This document shows, piece after piece, positions 39,169 through 48,562 of a stretch of DNA of 58,194 nt. The notes under the pieces are model-generated. The model did not search any database, was not told the origin of the DNA, and saw only the letters and a list, made by a program, of their open reading frames with translations. Both the position numbers and the translations under genes were made by a program. This DNA is from Bacteroidaceae bacterium. Its GTDB lineage: Bacteria; Bacteroidota; Bacteroidia; Bacteroidales; Bacteroidaceae. Positions within the stretch are counted from its first letter, which is position 1, and each line of letters starts with the position of its first letter. The DNA lies in NCBI GenBank assembly GCA_045642985.1, contig JAZUJU010000093.1, positions 1-58,194 of the forward strand, in the 5' to 3' direction.

Positions 39169-41856
39169 ATGAGCGACGAATTTGACAAATACGATGGGGA
39201 GGATAATCCTGAAGACGGACTGACTGCTGACGGCTTTGACGGAGATGCCGGTGATGCCCATTCATCCTACCGGCCTGTGGTCGATGAGGATGGCCAGATA
39301 CGTCATCAGCTGTCTGGAATGTACCAGAACTGGTTCCTGGACTATGCTTCGTATGTGATTCTGGAACGTGCCGTCCCACATTTCATAGATGGTCTGAAAC
39401 CAGTGCAGAGACGTGTGCTGCATGCCATGAAGAGGCTTGACGACGGACGCTACATCAAGGTGGCAAACATTGTGGGCCACACCATGCAGTTCCACCCTCA
39501 CGGTGACGCTTCGATCGGTGACGCTCTGGTTCAGATGGGACAGAAGGACCTGCTCATTGACTGTCAGGGAAATTGGGGAAATATCCTTACAGGACACAAG
39601 GCGGCAGCACCCCGATACATCGAGGCCCGTCTGTCAAAGTTCGCGCTTGAGACAGTCTTCAACCCCAAGACTACGGAGTGGAAGCTTTCGTACGACGGAC
39701 GTAACAGGGAGCCTGTCACGCTTCCCGTCAAGTTCCCGCTGCTTCTGGCGCAGGGCGCCGAAGGAATCGCGGTAGGACTTTCCTGCAAGATACTGCCCCA
39801 CAATTTCAATGAGTTGTGCGATGCTGCAGTATCATACTTGAAGGGCGAGGAGTTCCATCTGTATCCGGATTTCCCGACCGGTGGCTCGATAGACGTGTCG
39901 CACTACAATGACGGCGAACGCGGCGGCACGGTCAAGATTCGTGCCAAGATTTCCAAGGAGCCTGACAACAAGACACTGGTCATTAACGAGATACCTTACG
40001 GCGAGAATGTGATGACGCTTTCCGATTCGATTGTCAAGGCTGTCAAGAAGGGCAAGATAAAGGTCCGCAAGGTCGAGGACCTGACGGCGGCGAATGTGGA
40101 AATCCGCATTACGCTGGCTCCGGGAGTTTCTTCGGACAAGACGATAGACGCGCTCTACGCATTTACCAACTGTGAGGTGAGCGTGTCGCCGAACTGCTGT
40201 GTCATATACGAGCAGAAGCCACATTTCCTGTGTGTCAGCGATGTGCTGCGCAAGTCGGTCGACAACACCCTGGCCCTTCTCAAGATGGAACTGGAGATAC
40301 AGCGCGGCGAGATCCTGGAGCAGCTTCATTTCGCGTCGCTGGAGAAGATTTTCATAGAGGAACGAATATATAAGGATGTGGAGTTCGAGCAGGCTCCCAC
40401 AATGGATGCCGCCTGCGAGCACATCGATGACCGTCTGACTCCGTTCTATCCGCAGTTCGTGCGCGAGGTCACCAAGGATGACATACTCCGGCTTATGGAA
40501 ATCAAGATGGCCCGAATCCTGAAGTTCAACAAGGACAAGGCCGACGAGGCTATTGCCCGGATGAAGAAGGACATCGCCCGCATAGACAAGGACCTTTCGG
40601 ACATGGTTGGCGTTACAATAAAGTGGTTCAAGAATCTGAAAGAAAAGTACGGAGCTGCCTGGCCACGTAGAACCGAACTGAAAAATTTCAACACTATCGT
40701 TGCCAACAAGGTCATTGAGGCCAACGAGAAACTCTACATCAACCGTGCAGACGGATTCATTGGAACCGGTCTTAAGAAGGACGAGTATGTAGCCAACTGC
40801 AGCGAACTTGACGACATCATCCTGTTCTACAAGGACGGTCGGTACAAGGTGGTCAGAGTGGCGGAGAAACTGTTCGTCGGTCCTGGCGTGATGTATCTGA
40901 ACGTATTCAAGAAGAACGACAAGCGTACGATATACAATGTCATATACCGCGACGGGAAGAGTGGCGCGGCTTACATAAAGAGGTTCGCAGCTACCGGTCT
41001 GACACGCGACAGGGAGTATGACCTGACGCAGGGCAAGCCCGGTTCCAAGGTGCTTTACTTTACGGCCAACGGTAACGGCGAGGCGGAAATCGTTCATGTG
41101 CAGCTCAAGCCTAATCCTAAGCTCAAAAAGCCTGCTTTTGACAAGGATTTCAGCGACATCGCCATCAAGGGACGACAGTCGATGGGCAATCTGCTGACTC
41201 GCAACGAGGTGCAGCGTATCGGTCTGAAGTCGCACGGCATATCGACGCTGGGCGGCCGAAAGGTATGGTTCGACCGCGACATACTGCGCCTGGATTTCGA
41301 CGGGCACGGCGAGTATATCGGAGAGTTCGAGGCTGACGAGCAGATTCTGCTGATCAATGCGGACGGTGAATACTGTACCGCTGATGTCGATCCGAACCTG
41401 CACATCGAGGCAAATGTCATGAGGATTGAAAAGTTCATCCCGGACAAGGTCTGGAGTGCTGCCCTGTTCGACGGTTCGCAGAAGGGCTACCTGTATATAA
41501 AACGCTTCACTCTTGACGCTTCGGCCAAGAGGAACAGCATACTGGGTGAGGATAAGAACAGTCGCCTGCTTCTGCTCACTGATACGTTCTACCCGCGTTT
41601 CAGCATAGTGTTCGGAGGCGATGACGCGTTCCGTGAGGCGATGGAGATTGATGTGGATGAGTTCATCGGCGTGAAGAGTTACAAGGCCCGTGGCCGCAGG
41701 GCTACGATGTTCGCCGTGGAGAGAGTCGAGGAACTTGAGCCTCTGCGTCAGCCTGAACCGGAAGATAATGATGTGGTCGGGGAAGATCCGACCGAACAGG
41801 TATCTGACAACAATGAAGACAAAGAAAGTTCTGACGGCCAGATGTCGTTGTTCTAA
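39169..41856 (+). CDS. parC: DNA topoisomerase IV subunit A (Bacteroidota long form)
   Basis: 895 aa. YASYVILERAVPHFIDGLKPVQRRVLHAM and active-site Tyr context AAPRYIEARLS. Called ParC rather than GyrA from the N-terminal pattern and the acidic non-GyrA-box tail; a phylogeny would confirm. Confidence 0.85.
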   Translation: MSDEFDKYDGEDNPEDGLTADGFDGDAGDAHSSYRPVVDEDGQIRHQLSGMYQNWFLDYASYVILERAVPHFIDGLKPVQRRVLHAMKRLDDGRYIKVANIVGHTMQFHPHGDASIGDALVQMGQKDLLIDCQGNWGNILTGHKAAAPRYIEARLSKFALETVFNPKTTEWKLSYDGRNREPVTLPVKFPLLLAQGAEGIAVGLSCKILPHNFNELCDAAVSYLKGEEFHLYPDFPTGGSIDVSHYNDGERGGTVKIRAKISKEPDNKTLVINEIPYGENVMTLSDSIVKAVKKGKIKVRKVEDLTAANVEIRITLAPGVSSDKTIDALYAFTNCEVSVSPNCCVIYEQKPHFLCVSDVLRKSVDNTLALLKMELEIQRGEILEQLHFASLEKIFIEERIYKDVEFEQAPTMDAACEHIDDRLTPFYPQFVREVTKDDILRLMEIKMARILKFNKDKADEAIARMKKDIARIDKDLSDMVGVTIKWFKNLKEKYGAAWPRRTELKNFNTIVANKVIEANEKLYINRADGFIGTGLKKDEYVANCSELDDIILFYKDGRYKVVRVAEKLFVGPGVMYLNVFKKNDKRTIYNVIYRDGKSGAAYIKRFAATGLTRDREYDLTQGKPGSKVLYFTANGNGEAEIVHVQLKPNPKLKKPAFDKDFSDIAIKGRQSMGNLLTRNEVQRIGLKSHGISTLGGRKVWFDRDILRLDFDGHGEYIGEFEADEQILLINADGEYCTADVDPNLHIEANVMRIEKFIPDKVWSAALFDGSQKGYLYIKRFTLDASAKRNSILGEDKNSRLLLLTDTFYPRFSIVFGGDDAFREAMEIDVDEFIGVKSYKARGRRATMFAVERVEELEPLRQPEPEDNDVVGEDPTEQVSDNNEDKESSDGQMSLF

Positions 41857-42679
41857 AAAAGGATTTTTGCTGCTGGCCCTGGTATTAGTGCTGAACTGCA
41901 CTGCTGTTTCGGCACAGGAGAGCCGTGTCGGCACGCTTCCGCTTAAGGACGGTGAGCGCCTGCATCAGATAGGTCTGTTGGTGGGTCATTACGGTCTGCT
42001 GGATGAATATCTGTCGCCGAATGTCTACACCGGTGTAATGTTGGGTCTTGAAGAACACCGAAGCCGCCCTCTGTGGCATCAGGATGACTGGCTGTTCAAT
42101 CTGACATTCAAGGCCGATGTCGCTCTGACGTCCGGCCCGAACGGCAAAGGCAGTATGAATGGCATTATGTTTGACGGCCGCGTGGCATTTCAGAAGATCT
42201 GGCTGAACACCCCGTCATTTTCGCTGACCGCAGGTCCCGAATTCTATCTTAAGTTAGGCGGTGTCGAGAATGCCCGTAACAGCAACAATGTGGCGCAGCT
42301 CAAGCTTCATTTGGCTGCTGCTGCATCGGGAGAGGCAATCTGGCGTTTCCGTATCGGCAATTATCCTCTCGCCTTGAGCTGGGAGTTCGACCTGCCGCTG
42401 ATCGGTTACGGCTTTGCGCCGACCTATGGGCTTCAGTACTACGAGATAGCCTATATGAACAAGATCAGTGAGGCGTCGCACTGCGTGTGGCCGGGCAATA
42501 TGTTCGCTATGACTCAGTATGCTTCTGTCATCATCCCCGTCCGACATATCCAGCTCAAGTTCAGCTATGCCGGTGACTACCACAGCAGCGACATCGGGAA
42601 CATAAGGTGCCGCATTAACGAGAACGCCTTTATGGTGAGTATGGTGAAGAGGTTTGAAAAAATTCACAACGGCCGATGA
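41813..42679 (+). CDS. secreted protein of unknown function, predicted outer-membrane beta-barrel (possibly DUF3316-like; family recalled from memory only)
   Basis: 288 aa from the only available ATG at 41813, which overlaps the parC 3' end by 44 nt. Signal peptide ...LLLALVLVLNCTAVSAQ. Alternating hydrophobic/polar strands throughout. ATGA coupling to the next gene. Confidence 0.55.
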   Translation: MKTKKVLTARCRCSKKGFLLLALVLVLNCTAVSAQESRVGTLPLKDGERLHQIGLLVGHYGLLDEYLSPNVYTGVMLGLEEHRSRPLWHQDDWLFNLTFKADVALTSGPNGKGSMNGIMFDGRVAFQKIWLNTPSFSLTAGPEFYLKLGGVENARNSNNVAQLKLHLAAAASGEAIWRFRIGNYPLALSWEFDLPLIGYGFAPTYGLQYYEIAYMNKISEASHCVWPGNMFAMTQYASVIIPVRHIQLKFSYAGDYHSSDIGNIRCRINENAFMVSMVKRFEKIHNGR

Positions 42680-43707
42680 AACGCAGGATACCTGTTTTTA
42701 TGCTGATGTGCGTGCTGCTGATGTCGGCGTGCATCAGGGAGACATACGAGAATACTCCGCTGGGTAACTTTGACAGACTCTGGACCCTGATGGATGAGCA
42801 TTACTGCTATTTTGACTATAAGGCGAAGGAGTATGGACTGGACTGGAACAAGGTCTATCAGAAGTACAGACCGCTGGTCACTGACACCATAGGCGACGAG
42901 GCTCTGTTCAATCTGTGTGCCGATATGCTGTCTGAGCTGCGCGACGGACACGTCAACATCTATTCCGTCTATGATGTGGGCCGGAACTGGAGCTGGATGG
43001 AAAAGTATCCTCCAAATTACTATAAGCATATTCAGGACAACTATTTGGGCACAGACTACAAAATAGGCGGAGGATTCCGCTATACTATACTGAACGACAG
43101 CATAGGCTACATATATTACGGCGATTTCTCGAGCAGTGCTTCGGATGCATACATCAACAGGATTATTGAGTATTTCATGAACTGCAAGGGGATAATATTC
43201 GATGTACGCAACAACGGCGGAGGACTGGTGCCGAATGTCGAGACTATAATTTCGCATTTTACTGACAAGGAAGTTCTGTGCGGCTACCTCAGACACAAGA
43301 CTGGACCCGGTCACTCTGACTTTTCAGACTATGAGGAGATGAGGGTGTCTCCTGCCAAGGGCTATATCTGGCTCAGACCGGTTGCAGTTCTGACGAACCG
43401 CTCCTGTTTCAGTGCCACGAACACATTCGTCAGCGAGATAAGCACTCTGGAGCAAGTCAGGGTGTTCGGTGACCGTACAGGTGGAGGGGGTGGTATTCCG
43501 CTGTCATTCGAACTGCCGAACGGATGGTCGGTCAGATACTCATCGTCACCTATGTATGATCTGGACTACAAAGATATAGAGTTCGGCGTGGAACCTGATG
43601 TCAAGGTCGGTATCTACGACGTTGACATGCAGCACGGAATCGATTCAATTATCGAAACGGCTATTGACTGGCTGAGCAATTATGATAAAAATAACAAACA
43701 AGAATGA
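42676..43707 (+). CDS. S41-family (tail-specific/C-terminal processing type) peptidase lipoprotein
   Basis: 343 aa. Lipobox LMSAC. DVRNNGGG and NRSCFSATNTF (S41 Ser motif context). Confidence 0.8.
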   Translation: MKRRIPVFMLMCVLLMSACIRETYENTPLGNFDRLWTLMDEHYCYFDYKAKEYGLDWNKVYQKYRPLVTDTIGDEALFNLCADMLSELRDGHVNIYSVYDVGRNWSWMEKYPPNYYKHIQDNYLGTDYKIGGGFRYTILNDSIGYIYYGDFSSSASDAYINRIIEYFMNCKGIIFDVRNNGGGLVPNVETIISHFTDKEVLCGYLRHKTGPGHSDFSDYEEMRVSPAKGYIWLRPVAVLTNRSCFSATNTFVSEISTLEQVRVFGDRTGGGGGIPLSFELPNGWSVRYSSSPMYDLDYKDIEFGVEPDVKVGIYDVDMQHGIDSIIETAIDWLSNYDKNNKQE

Positions 43708-43708
43708 A

Positions 43709-45463
43709 ATGAAACGTCCGTTGTACCTTATTCTGACTGCCGTCATTCTGACTTTATCGTCATTGGATATGCAGGCTGACACACAGAAGATTCTGAAGAT
43801 CAATTTCAAGTCTCCAATTACCGAACATGGCGGCAGCGCTCCTTTTTCGCTTTCGTCATTTTCTTTCTCGTCGCTGCTCAATTCGAGCGCATCGCTGTAT
43901 GGCATGGTGCGCGCCATCGATTCTGCTGCGGTAGATCCGAACATTTCGATGATATACATGACCCCCTGCAACATTCAGGCTGGTCTTTCCCAGATGGAGG
44001 AAATCCGTGCCGCACTGCAGCGTTTCCGCGACTCGGGCAAGAGCATTGTAGCGTATTGCGAGAATCTGAGCAATGCAAGTTACTATGTGGCTTCGGTTGC
44101 CGACAAGATTGTACTGAATCCTGCTTCGGAGAGCTTTGTCATAGGACTTGCGACACAGCAGGTATTTCTGAAGGATGCTCTGGACGCTCTCGGTGTGGAT
44201 GTCCAGCTGATACGTCACGGCAAGTACAAGTCGGCAGGCGAAATGTTCATTCGCAACGACATCAGTCCCGAGAACTACGAACAGAACAAGGCTATGGTGA
44301 CTTCGCTGTGGAATGACATGTGCGACGAGATTGCCGCATCGCGCGGTTTTTCGGCCGATGAATTCAAGGGTTGGGTCAATTCTCTCGCTCTGACCGACGC
44401 AGAGTCGTTCAAGGAACTGGGACTGGTTGACGAACTTTGGCACAAGGATCAGCTGGATGACTATTTCTGTCAGGAGAACGGCACCAATATGCTGAATCTG
44501 GTCAATTATGTTCCGCTGAACCGCTACATTGACAAGCTTGCCAAGAAGTACAAGAAACAGAACAGGAAAAATAGGAAGAACAAGGTCGTCATAATCTATG
44601 CAAACGGTGAGATTGCAACTTCGGCGGACGGCAGCACGATGTCATCGGGCGATATCATCGTAGGCAAGAATCTGGCCCGCACCATTTCGAAGGTTCGCAA
44701 GGATGACAATGTCAAGGCCGTGGTGTTCCGCGTGAACTCACCCGGTGGCAGTGTGATGGCATCGGAACTCATCAAGCGCGAGATTGACCTGCTTAAGGAA
44801 GCAAAACCGGTTGTGGCCAGTTATGGTGAATATGCGGCATCGGGCGGTTACTGGATATCGGCCTGCACTGACAGCATATATACTGACAAGACCACGCTGA
44901 CCGGTTCGATAGGCTGTTTCTCGATGGTTCCCGGCATAGGCAACGCCATAAAAAAGATTGCCAAGGTCAACATAGTTACTATCGGCTCGTCAGACCACAG
45001 CGATATGATGAGCGGAATCCGTCATCTGGACGAAGCTGAGACCGCGTATCTGCAGAGGCAGGTCGAGGACATCTATGACCGTTTCACCACCATCGTTTCG
45101 GCAGGTCGCGGAATGTCGAAGGACAGCGTTGACGCTATAGCTCAGGGACGTGTGTGGACGGGTTCGGACGCAATGGGCATCGGTCTGACCGACCGCATCG
45201 GCGGACTGGCGGATGCTGTCGCCTGTGCTGCCAGGCTTGCCGGGCTTGAGACTTACGCATTGGATGAGCAGCCGGTCGTTGAGCCCTTCTCGTTCATGTC
45301 ACTGTTTGCCGGTGATGTCGATGTGGACGAGGACTTGACTTCTGATACAGGAACCTTGGCCAGTACAGTCATCGGTAAGGTGCTTCCGTTCGCATCGCTT
45401 GCCCGCAGGCAGCACGGAACTGCGATGTATGCACGTATGCCCCACCTGTATTCTTTCGACTGA
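43709..45463 (+). CDS. sppA: signal peptide peptidase SppA, 67K (two-domain) type
   Basis: 584 aa from the ATG at 43709. S49 motifs RVNSPGGSV and YAASGGYWIS in the second domain, plus a degenerate first domain. Confidence 0.88.
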   Translation: MKRPLYLILTAVILTLSSLDMQADTQKILKINFKSPITEHGGSAPFSLSSFSFSSLLNSSASLYGMVRAIDSAAVDPNISMIYMTPCNIQAGLSQMEEIRAALQRFRDSGKSIVAYCENLSNASYYVASVADKIVLNPASESFVIGLATQQVFLKDALDALGVDVQLIRHGKYKSAGEMFIRNDISPENYEQNKAMVTSLWNDMCDEIAASRGFSADEFKGWVNSLALTDAESFKELGLVDELWHKDQLDDYFCQENGTNMLNLVNYVPLNRYIDKLAKKYKKQNRKNRKNKVVIIYANGEIATSADGSTMSSGDIIVGKNLARTISKVRKDDNVKAVVFRVNSPGGSVMASELIKREIDLLKEAKPVVASYGEYAASGGYWISACTDSIYTDKTTLTGSIGCFSMVPGIGNAIKKIAKVNIVTIGSSDHSDMMSGIRHLDEAETAYLQRQVEDIYDRFTTIVSAGRGMSKDSVDAIAQGRVWTGSDAMGIGLTDRIGGLADAVACAARLAGLETYALDEQPVVEPFSFMSLFAGDVDVDEDLTSDTGTLASTVIGKVLPFASLARRQHGTAMYARMPHLYSFD

Positions 45464-45488
45464 TTTACTCACGGTGCGAAGTTTTTAC

Positions 45489-45496
45489 TAACTTTG
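45489..45496 (+). promoter_or_regulatory. candidate -7 box (TAACTTTG) for tRNA-Leu
   Basis: TAnnTTTG match 13 nt before the tRNA 5' end. Followed by CACCGTAAT. Confidence 0.55.
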
Positions 45497-45509
45497 CACC
45501 GTAATTGAT

Positions 45510-45590
45510 GCGGGCGTGGCGGAATTGGTAGACGCGCTAGACTTAGGATCTAGTATCTCAGATGTGTAGGTTCGAGTCCTATCGCCCGTA
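45510..45590 (+). tRNA. tRNA-Leu (anticodon TAG), class II with a long variable arm
   Basis: Hand fold: GCGGGCG-TG-GCG-GAATTGGTAGA-CGC-G-CTAGA-CTTAGGA-TCTAG-(12-nt variable arm TATCTCAGATGT)-GTAGG-TTCGAGT-CCTAT-CGCCCGT-A. Confidence 0.88.
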
Positions 45591-45594
45591 CAGA

Positions 45595-45620
45595 AAGGGG
45601 AGGCCGTTGGGCTTCCCCTT
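45595..45620. terminator. hairpin terminator shared by tRNA-Leu (+) and the VKOR gene (-)
   Basis: AAGGGGAGGCC-GTTG-GGCTTCCCCTT, an 11-bp stem including one G-U pair. It abuts the stop codon at 45622-45624. The flanking U-tracts are weak. Confidence 0.55.
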
Positions 45621-45621
45621 G

Positions 45622-46764
45622 TTATTGTCTTCCGATTAGGCCGCTGATAAGCTTGTAAAGCGATTCGGGACTGTCTGTGGCGGGAATGGCCCATCTCTGG
45701 CCGTAGATGAAGCGGGGGATGCCGCTGCCACCTGGAGCGGAACTGTTGCCGAACAGTTCGAATACATCGGTCAGCATCTCTTCGATTTTCCAGTCAGACA
45801 TCGCTGCTGAGAGCTCGTCCGCACCGACGAGCTGCTGCGCTTTGGCAATGGCTTCGGACTCGGAGCGCGGATGCCATTCGCCTTCGTCGGCGCTGAAAAG
45901 CCATTCGTCGAAAGCTGTGAAAACGCCGCTGTCTGTCAGCCATACTGCGAGAGCAAGTTTCGCGAGAGTGCAGGAGCCGGCAAACGCATCCGGTCCCTGA
46001 GGAATATGGCAGTTGCAGGCGTTGCTCAGGGGGCAGGGGATGGTGACGAACGCGACTTTGCCTTCAAACATATTGACCAGTTCGGGCAGCATTGCGTGTA
46101 TCGTGCGGCAGTGCGTACATTTGTAGCCAAGCAGCAACTCCACCTGGAAGGCTGCAGTGTCGGGCCCTACGGACGGCATAGTACTGCTTGTGAACCGTGG
46201 CAGTTCCCTGTCGGCAATGCCTTGAATGTCAGCGGAATCAGGCCGTACGAAAATCTGCCCCAGTACCATTGCTGCGCAGAGCCCTATACCGGCGGACAGA
46301 TACCGGAATTTCCTGTCGGTCCTGATGCTGAACAGCAGAATGACGGAAATGACAGCGCCGAGCGAATGCAGGCAGATGCAGTACGGACAGACACTGTGCA
46401 GATAAATCAGCTGAAGGCCTGTGAACCATACGGCGGCCGCGAGTATCGCTCCGCTCAGAATGATGATGAACCTTGATAACTTCTGTCGGATTCCCTCCTT
46501 TCCGCTGCGTATTGCGAGCAGGCATATCAGAAGTATGGCGTAGGTCGCGACGGCGAGAGCACTGACGGGAACGGTTCCGAAGGTGTAGGCCCATTCTCCT
46601 GTCAGCAGACTGCCGCATCCGCTTTCCGCGCTGCATCCGGGGACACGGCTCTGCGTCAGCGAATGCAGCAGCAACAGACCTGACAGAAGCAGCGCCACCG
46701 CGCAGAGCAGTGGCATTGCCCGTCTTACATTGTGAATCGGATTGACGCTATTGCGGTCAGACAT
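45622..46764 (-). CDS. vitamin K epoxide reductase (VKOR)-family membrane protein fused to a DsbA/thioredoxin-like periplasmic domain
   Basis: 380 aa. VKOR loop cysteines CSAESGC, membrane CxxC (CPYC) and a fifth TM, then a thioredoxin-fold region with a second CxxC (CTHC). Confidence 0.8.
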   Translation of the reverse strand: MSDRNSVNPIHNVRRAMPLLCAVALLLSGLLLLHSLTQSRVPGCSAESGCGSLLTGEWAYTFGTVPVSALAVATYAILLICLLAIRSGKEGIRQKLSRFIIILSGAILAAAVWFTGLQLIYLHSVCPYCICLHSLGAVISVILLFSIRTDRKFRYLSAGIGLCAAMVLGQIFVRPDSADIQGIADRELPRFTSSTMPSVGPDTAAFQVELLLGYKCTHCRTIHAMLPELVNMFEGKVAFVTIPCPLSNACNCHIPQGPDAFAGSCTLAKLALAVWLTDSGVFTAFDEWLFSADEGEWHPRSESEAIAKAQQLVGADELSAAMSDWKIEEMLTDVFELFGNSSAPGGSGIPRFIYGQRWAIPATDSPESLYKLISGLIGRQ

Positions 46765-46791
46765 AGCGATGCGATTATCCAGAGTGCTAAG

Positions 46792-48225
46792 TTAATCATT
46801 TTCCGAAGGTTCTATAGTCCATAGTGTATCACTGCCTTCGCCTGTTTCGACTGGCCAGAGCGTGTCGTTCTTCTCATCCGGCAGGTAGAGAGAGTCTCCG
46901 TCCCTTATGACCTTGATATTGACAGACGAGAAGTTGTGGTCGTAGAGCCACTGCTGCAATTCTTCGATGTTCTCTTCGTCAAGGTTATGCTCATCCATCC
47001 ATTCCTCTAATTCCCAGAGTTCATCTTCGTCGAAGTTATGCTCTTTCAGCCAGTCACTTATCATATGGTAGTCCTTCACAATGTCGCCGGTCAGATTCAG
47101 TGTAGTTTTGATTTCATTCCCAATATTCTGTACTGCGTGCCGGCTCGTGAAGAACGATATAGGCACCATTGCGACTATAAGCATAAGCCACAGAATCAGC
47201 AGGCAAAGTCCCGGTCTCCATTTGGGAGTCCTGGTGTCGAACAGCAGTACGATACCGCCGTATAAGAAGAGTATGGACGGAATCAGGATTATGAGGTACC
47301 ACATAACCTGAACGAATGGATTGACCAGTATCCTTGCAAACGGAGCAAGACCGATGACCGATTCCAACAGGTCGGCACCGGGAAGCCAGCTCATCATTCC
47401 GAACGATGCATTCGTGGCTATGGCCAGACTGCCGAAGGTGACTATTTTGATAATCAGTCCGTTCAGTCCAATGAATAGCAGAAACAGTCCGACGCACACA
47501 GCCAGACATCCGGGACCGCGTCGGCGATTGTCACTGTTCTCGCTTTCGCGTTCCTTCCTGTTGCGGCTTATGTCGTTGACCGAACCGCTCTCTCCACGCA
47601 TCTCGTACTTCTGTTTTACGGTCACAGCCTTTGGCATACAGAATGTCAGCGTCAGATATAGGATTGGCGTAAAAAACAGGAGGAACATTGCGATACTGTG
47701 CCATGCATTATTAACACCGCAGCTGAAAAGCACCAGGCTCAGTATAACCGGGATCAGGAATGCGAGTCTCAGCCAGATGGCGTCTATGTCGAGGGCGTTC
47801 GACAGACCTGCGCAGACTCCGTTCACCTGACGGTTCTCCATATCCCTGTAAAGACGCCGTTTACGGTTTTCTTTTGCGTAACCGCCTTCTGCCTGGCTGT
47901 ACGAATTCACTTCGTCTGTATGAACTGGCTTTCCGTCTTTTCCTGTGGGATTGCCGCCGTCTGATATGTTCCCTAAATCCTCGGGGTAACCGAGTATTCC
48001 GATCACATATCTGATGTCCTCTTCGGAAACCACTCTTTCGCTGCCGCATCTTTCGTACAGCAGTTCAGCAATGCGCGCTTCGATAGAGTCCATTATTTCA
48101 GCACCGTCCGGCTGTCTGAGATAATGGCTTTCCAGCTTTCCAAGATACTCCTTTATAGACTTGAGGGCGTTGCCGTCAAGCGAGAAGGCATAGTGCCCGA
48201 TGCTTATTCTGTCACTTCTTTCCAT
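46792..48225 (-). CDS. PspC-domain membrane protein, large form (N-terminal HAAS/DUF1700-like helical region, polytopic core, acidic repeat tail)
   Basis: 477 aa. PspC motif RLYRDMENRQVNGVCAGLSNALDIDAIWLRLAFLI and several further TM helices. The C-terminus has 17-aa repeats of the form EHNFDEDELWELEEWMD. Confidence 0.8.
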   Translation of the reverse strand: MERSDRISIGHYAFSLDGNALKSIKEYLGKLESHYLRQPDGAEIMDSIEARIAELLYERCGSERVVSEEDIRYVIGILGYPEDLGNISDGGNPTGKDGKPVHTDEVNSYSQAEGGYAKENRKRRLYRDMENRQVNGVCAGLSNALDIDAIWLRLAFLIPVILSLVLFSCGVNNAWHSIAMFLLFFTPILYLTLTFCMPKAVTVKQKYEMRGESGSVNDISRNRKERESENSDNRRRGPGCLAVCVGLFLLFIGLNGLIIKIVTFGSLAIATNASFGMMSWLPGADLLESVIGLAPFARILVNPFVQVMWYLIILIPSILFLYGGIVLLFDTRTPKWRPGLCLLILWLMLIVAMVPISFFTSRHAVQNIGNEIKTTLNLTGDIVKDYHMISDWLKEHNFDEDELWELEEWMDEHNLDEENIEELQQWLYDHNFSSVNIKVIRDGDSLYLPDEKNDTLWPVETGEGSDTLWTIEPSEND

Positions 48226-48550
48226 CTTTCAGATTATTGATAGAGTCTGTTATTTCGTTCCAAATACTGTTCATATCGGCAAGCTGTTCACGACCTTTCT
48301 CGGTCATGGAATAGTACTTGCGCGGAGGTCCCTGAGTCGATTCCTCCCACCGGTAGGTCAGAAGCCCCTGATTCTTCTGACGGATCAGAAGAGGGTAGAG
48401 CGTACCTTCGACAATGTTCATTCCGCAGTCACGCAGATTGTCAAGAATGGTCGATGCGTAGGCCTCGTGCCTGTCGAGAGTCAGCAGGATACAGTATTCG
48501 ATGAGTCCCTTCCGCATTTGCTGGCGTATGTTTTCGCTTATATTCTCCAT
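48212..48550 (-). CDS. PadR-family transcriptional regulator
   Basis: 112 aa. Winged-helix pattern LIEYCILLTL...YASTILDNL...GTLYPLLIRQKNQGLLTYRWEES...RKYYSMTEKG. Confidence 0.9.
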   Translation of the reverse strand: MENISENIRQQMRKGLIEYCILLTLDRHEAYASTILDNLRDCGMNIVEGTLYPLLIRQKNQGLLTYRWEESTQGPPRKYYSMTEKGREQLADMNSIWNEITDSINNLKDGKK

Positions 48551-48562
48551 AGTCTTTATGTC

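Noticed and set aside
39832-41934. A 700-codon open reading frame antisense to parC.
   Set aside because: It lies entirely opposite a gene with unmistakable topoisomerase motifs. Its composition is Leu/Val/Arg-rich and it has no recognisable motif, promoter box or signal. This is typical of the stop-poor shadow frame opposite RNY-biased coding sequence.
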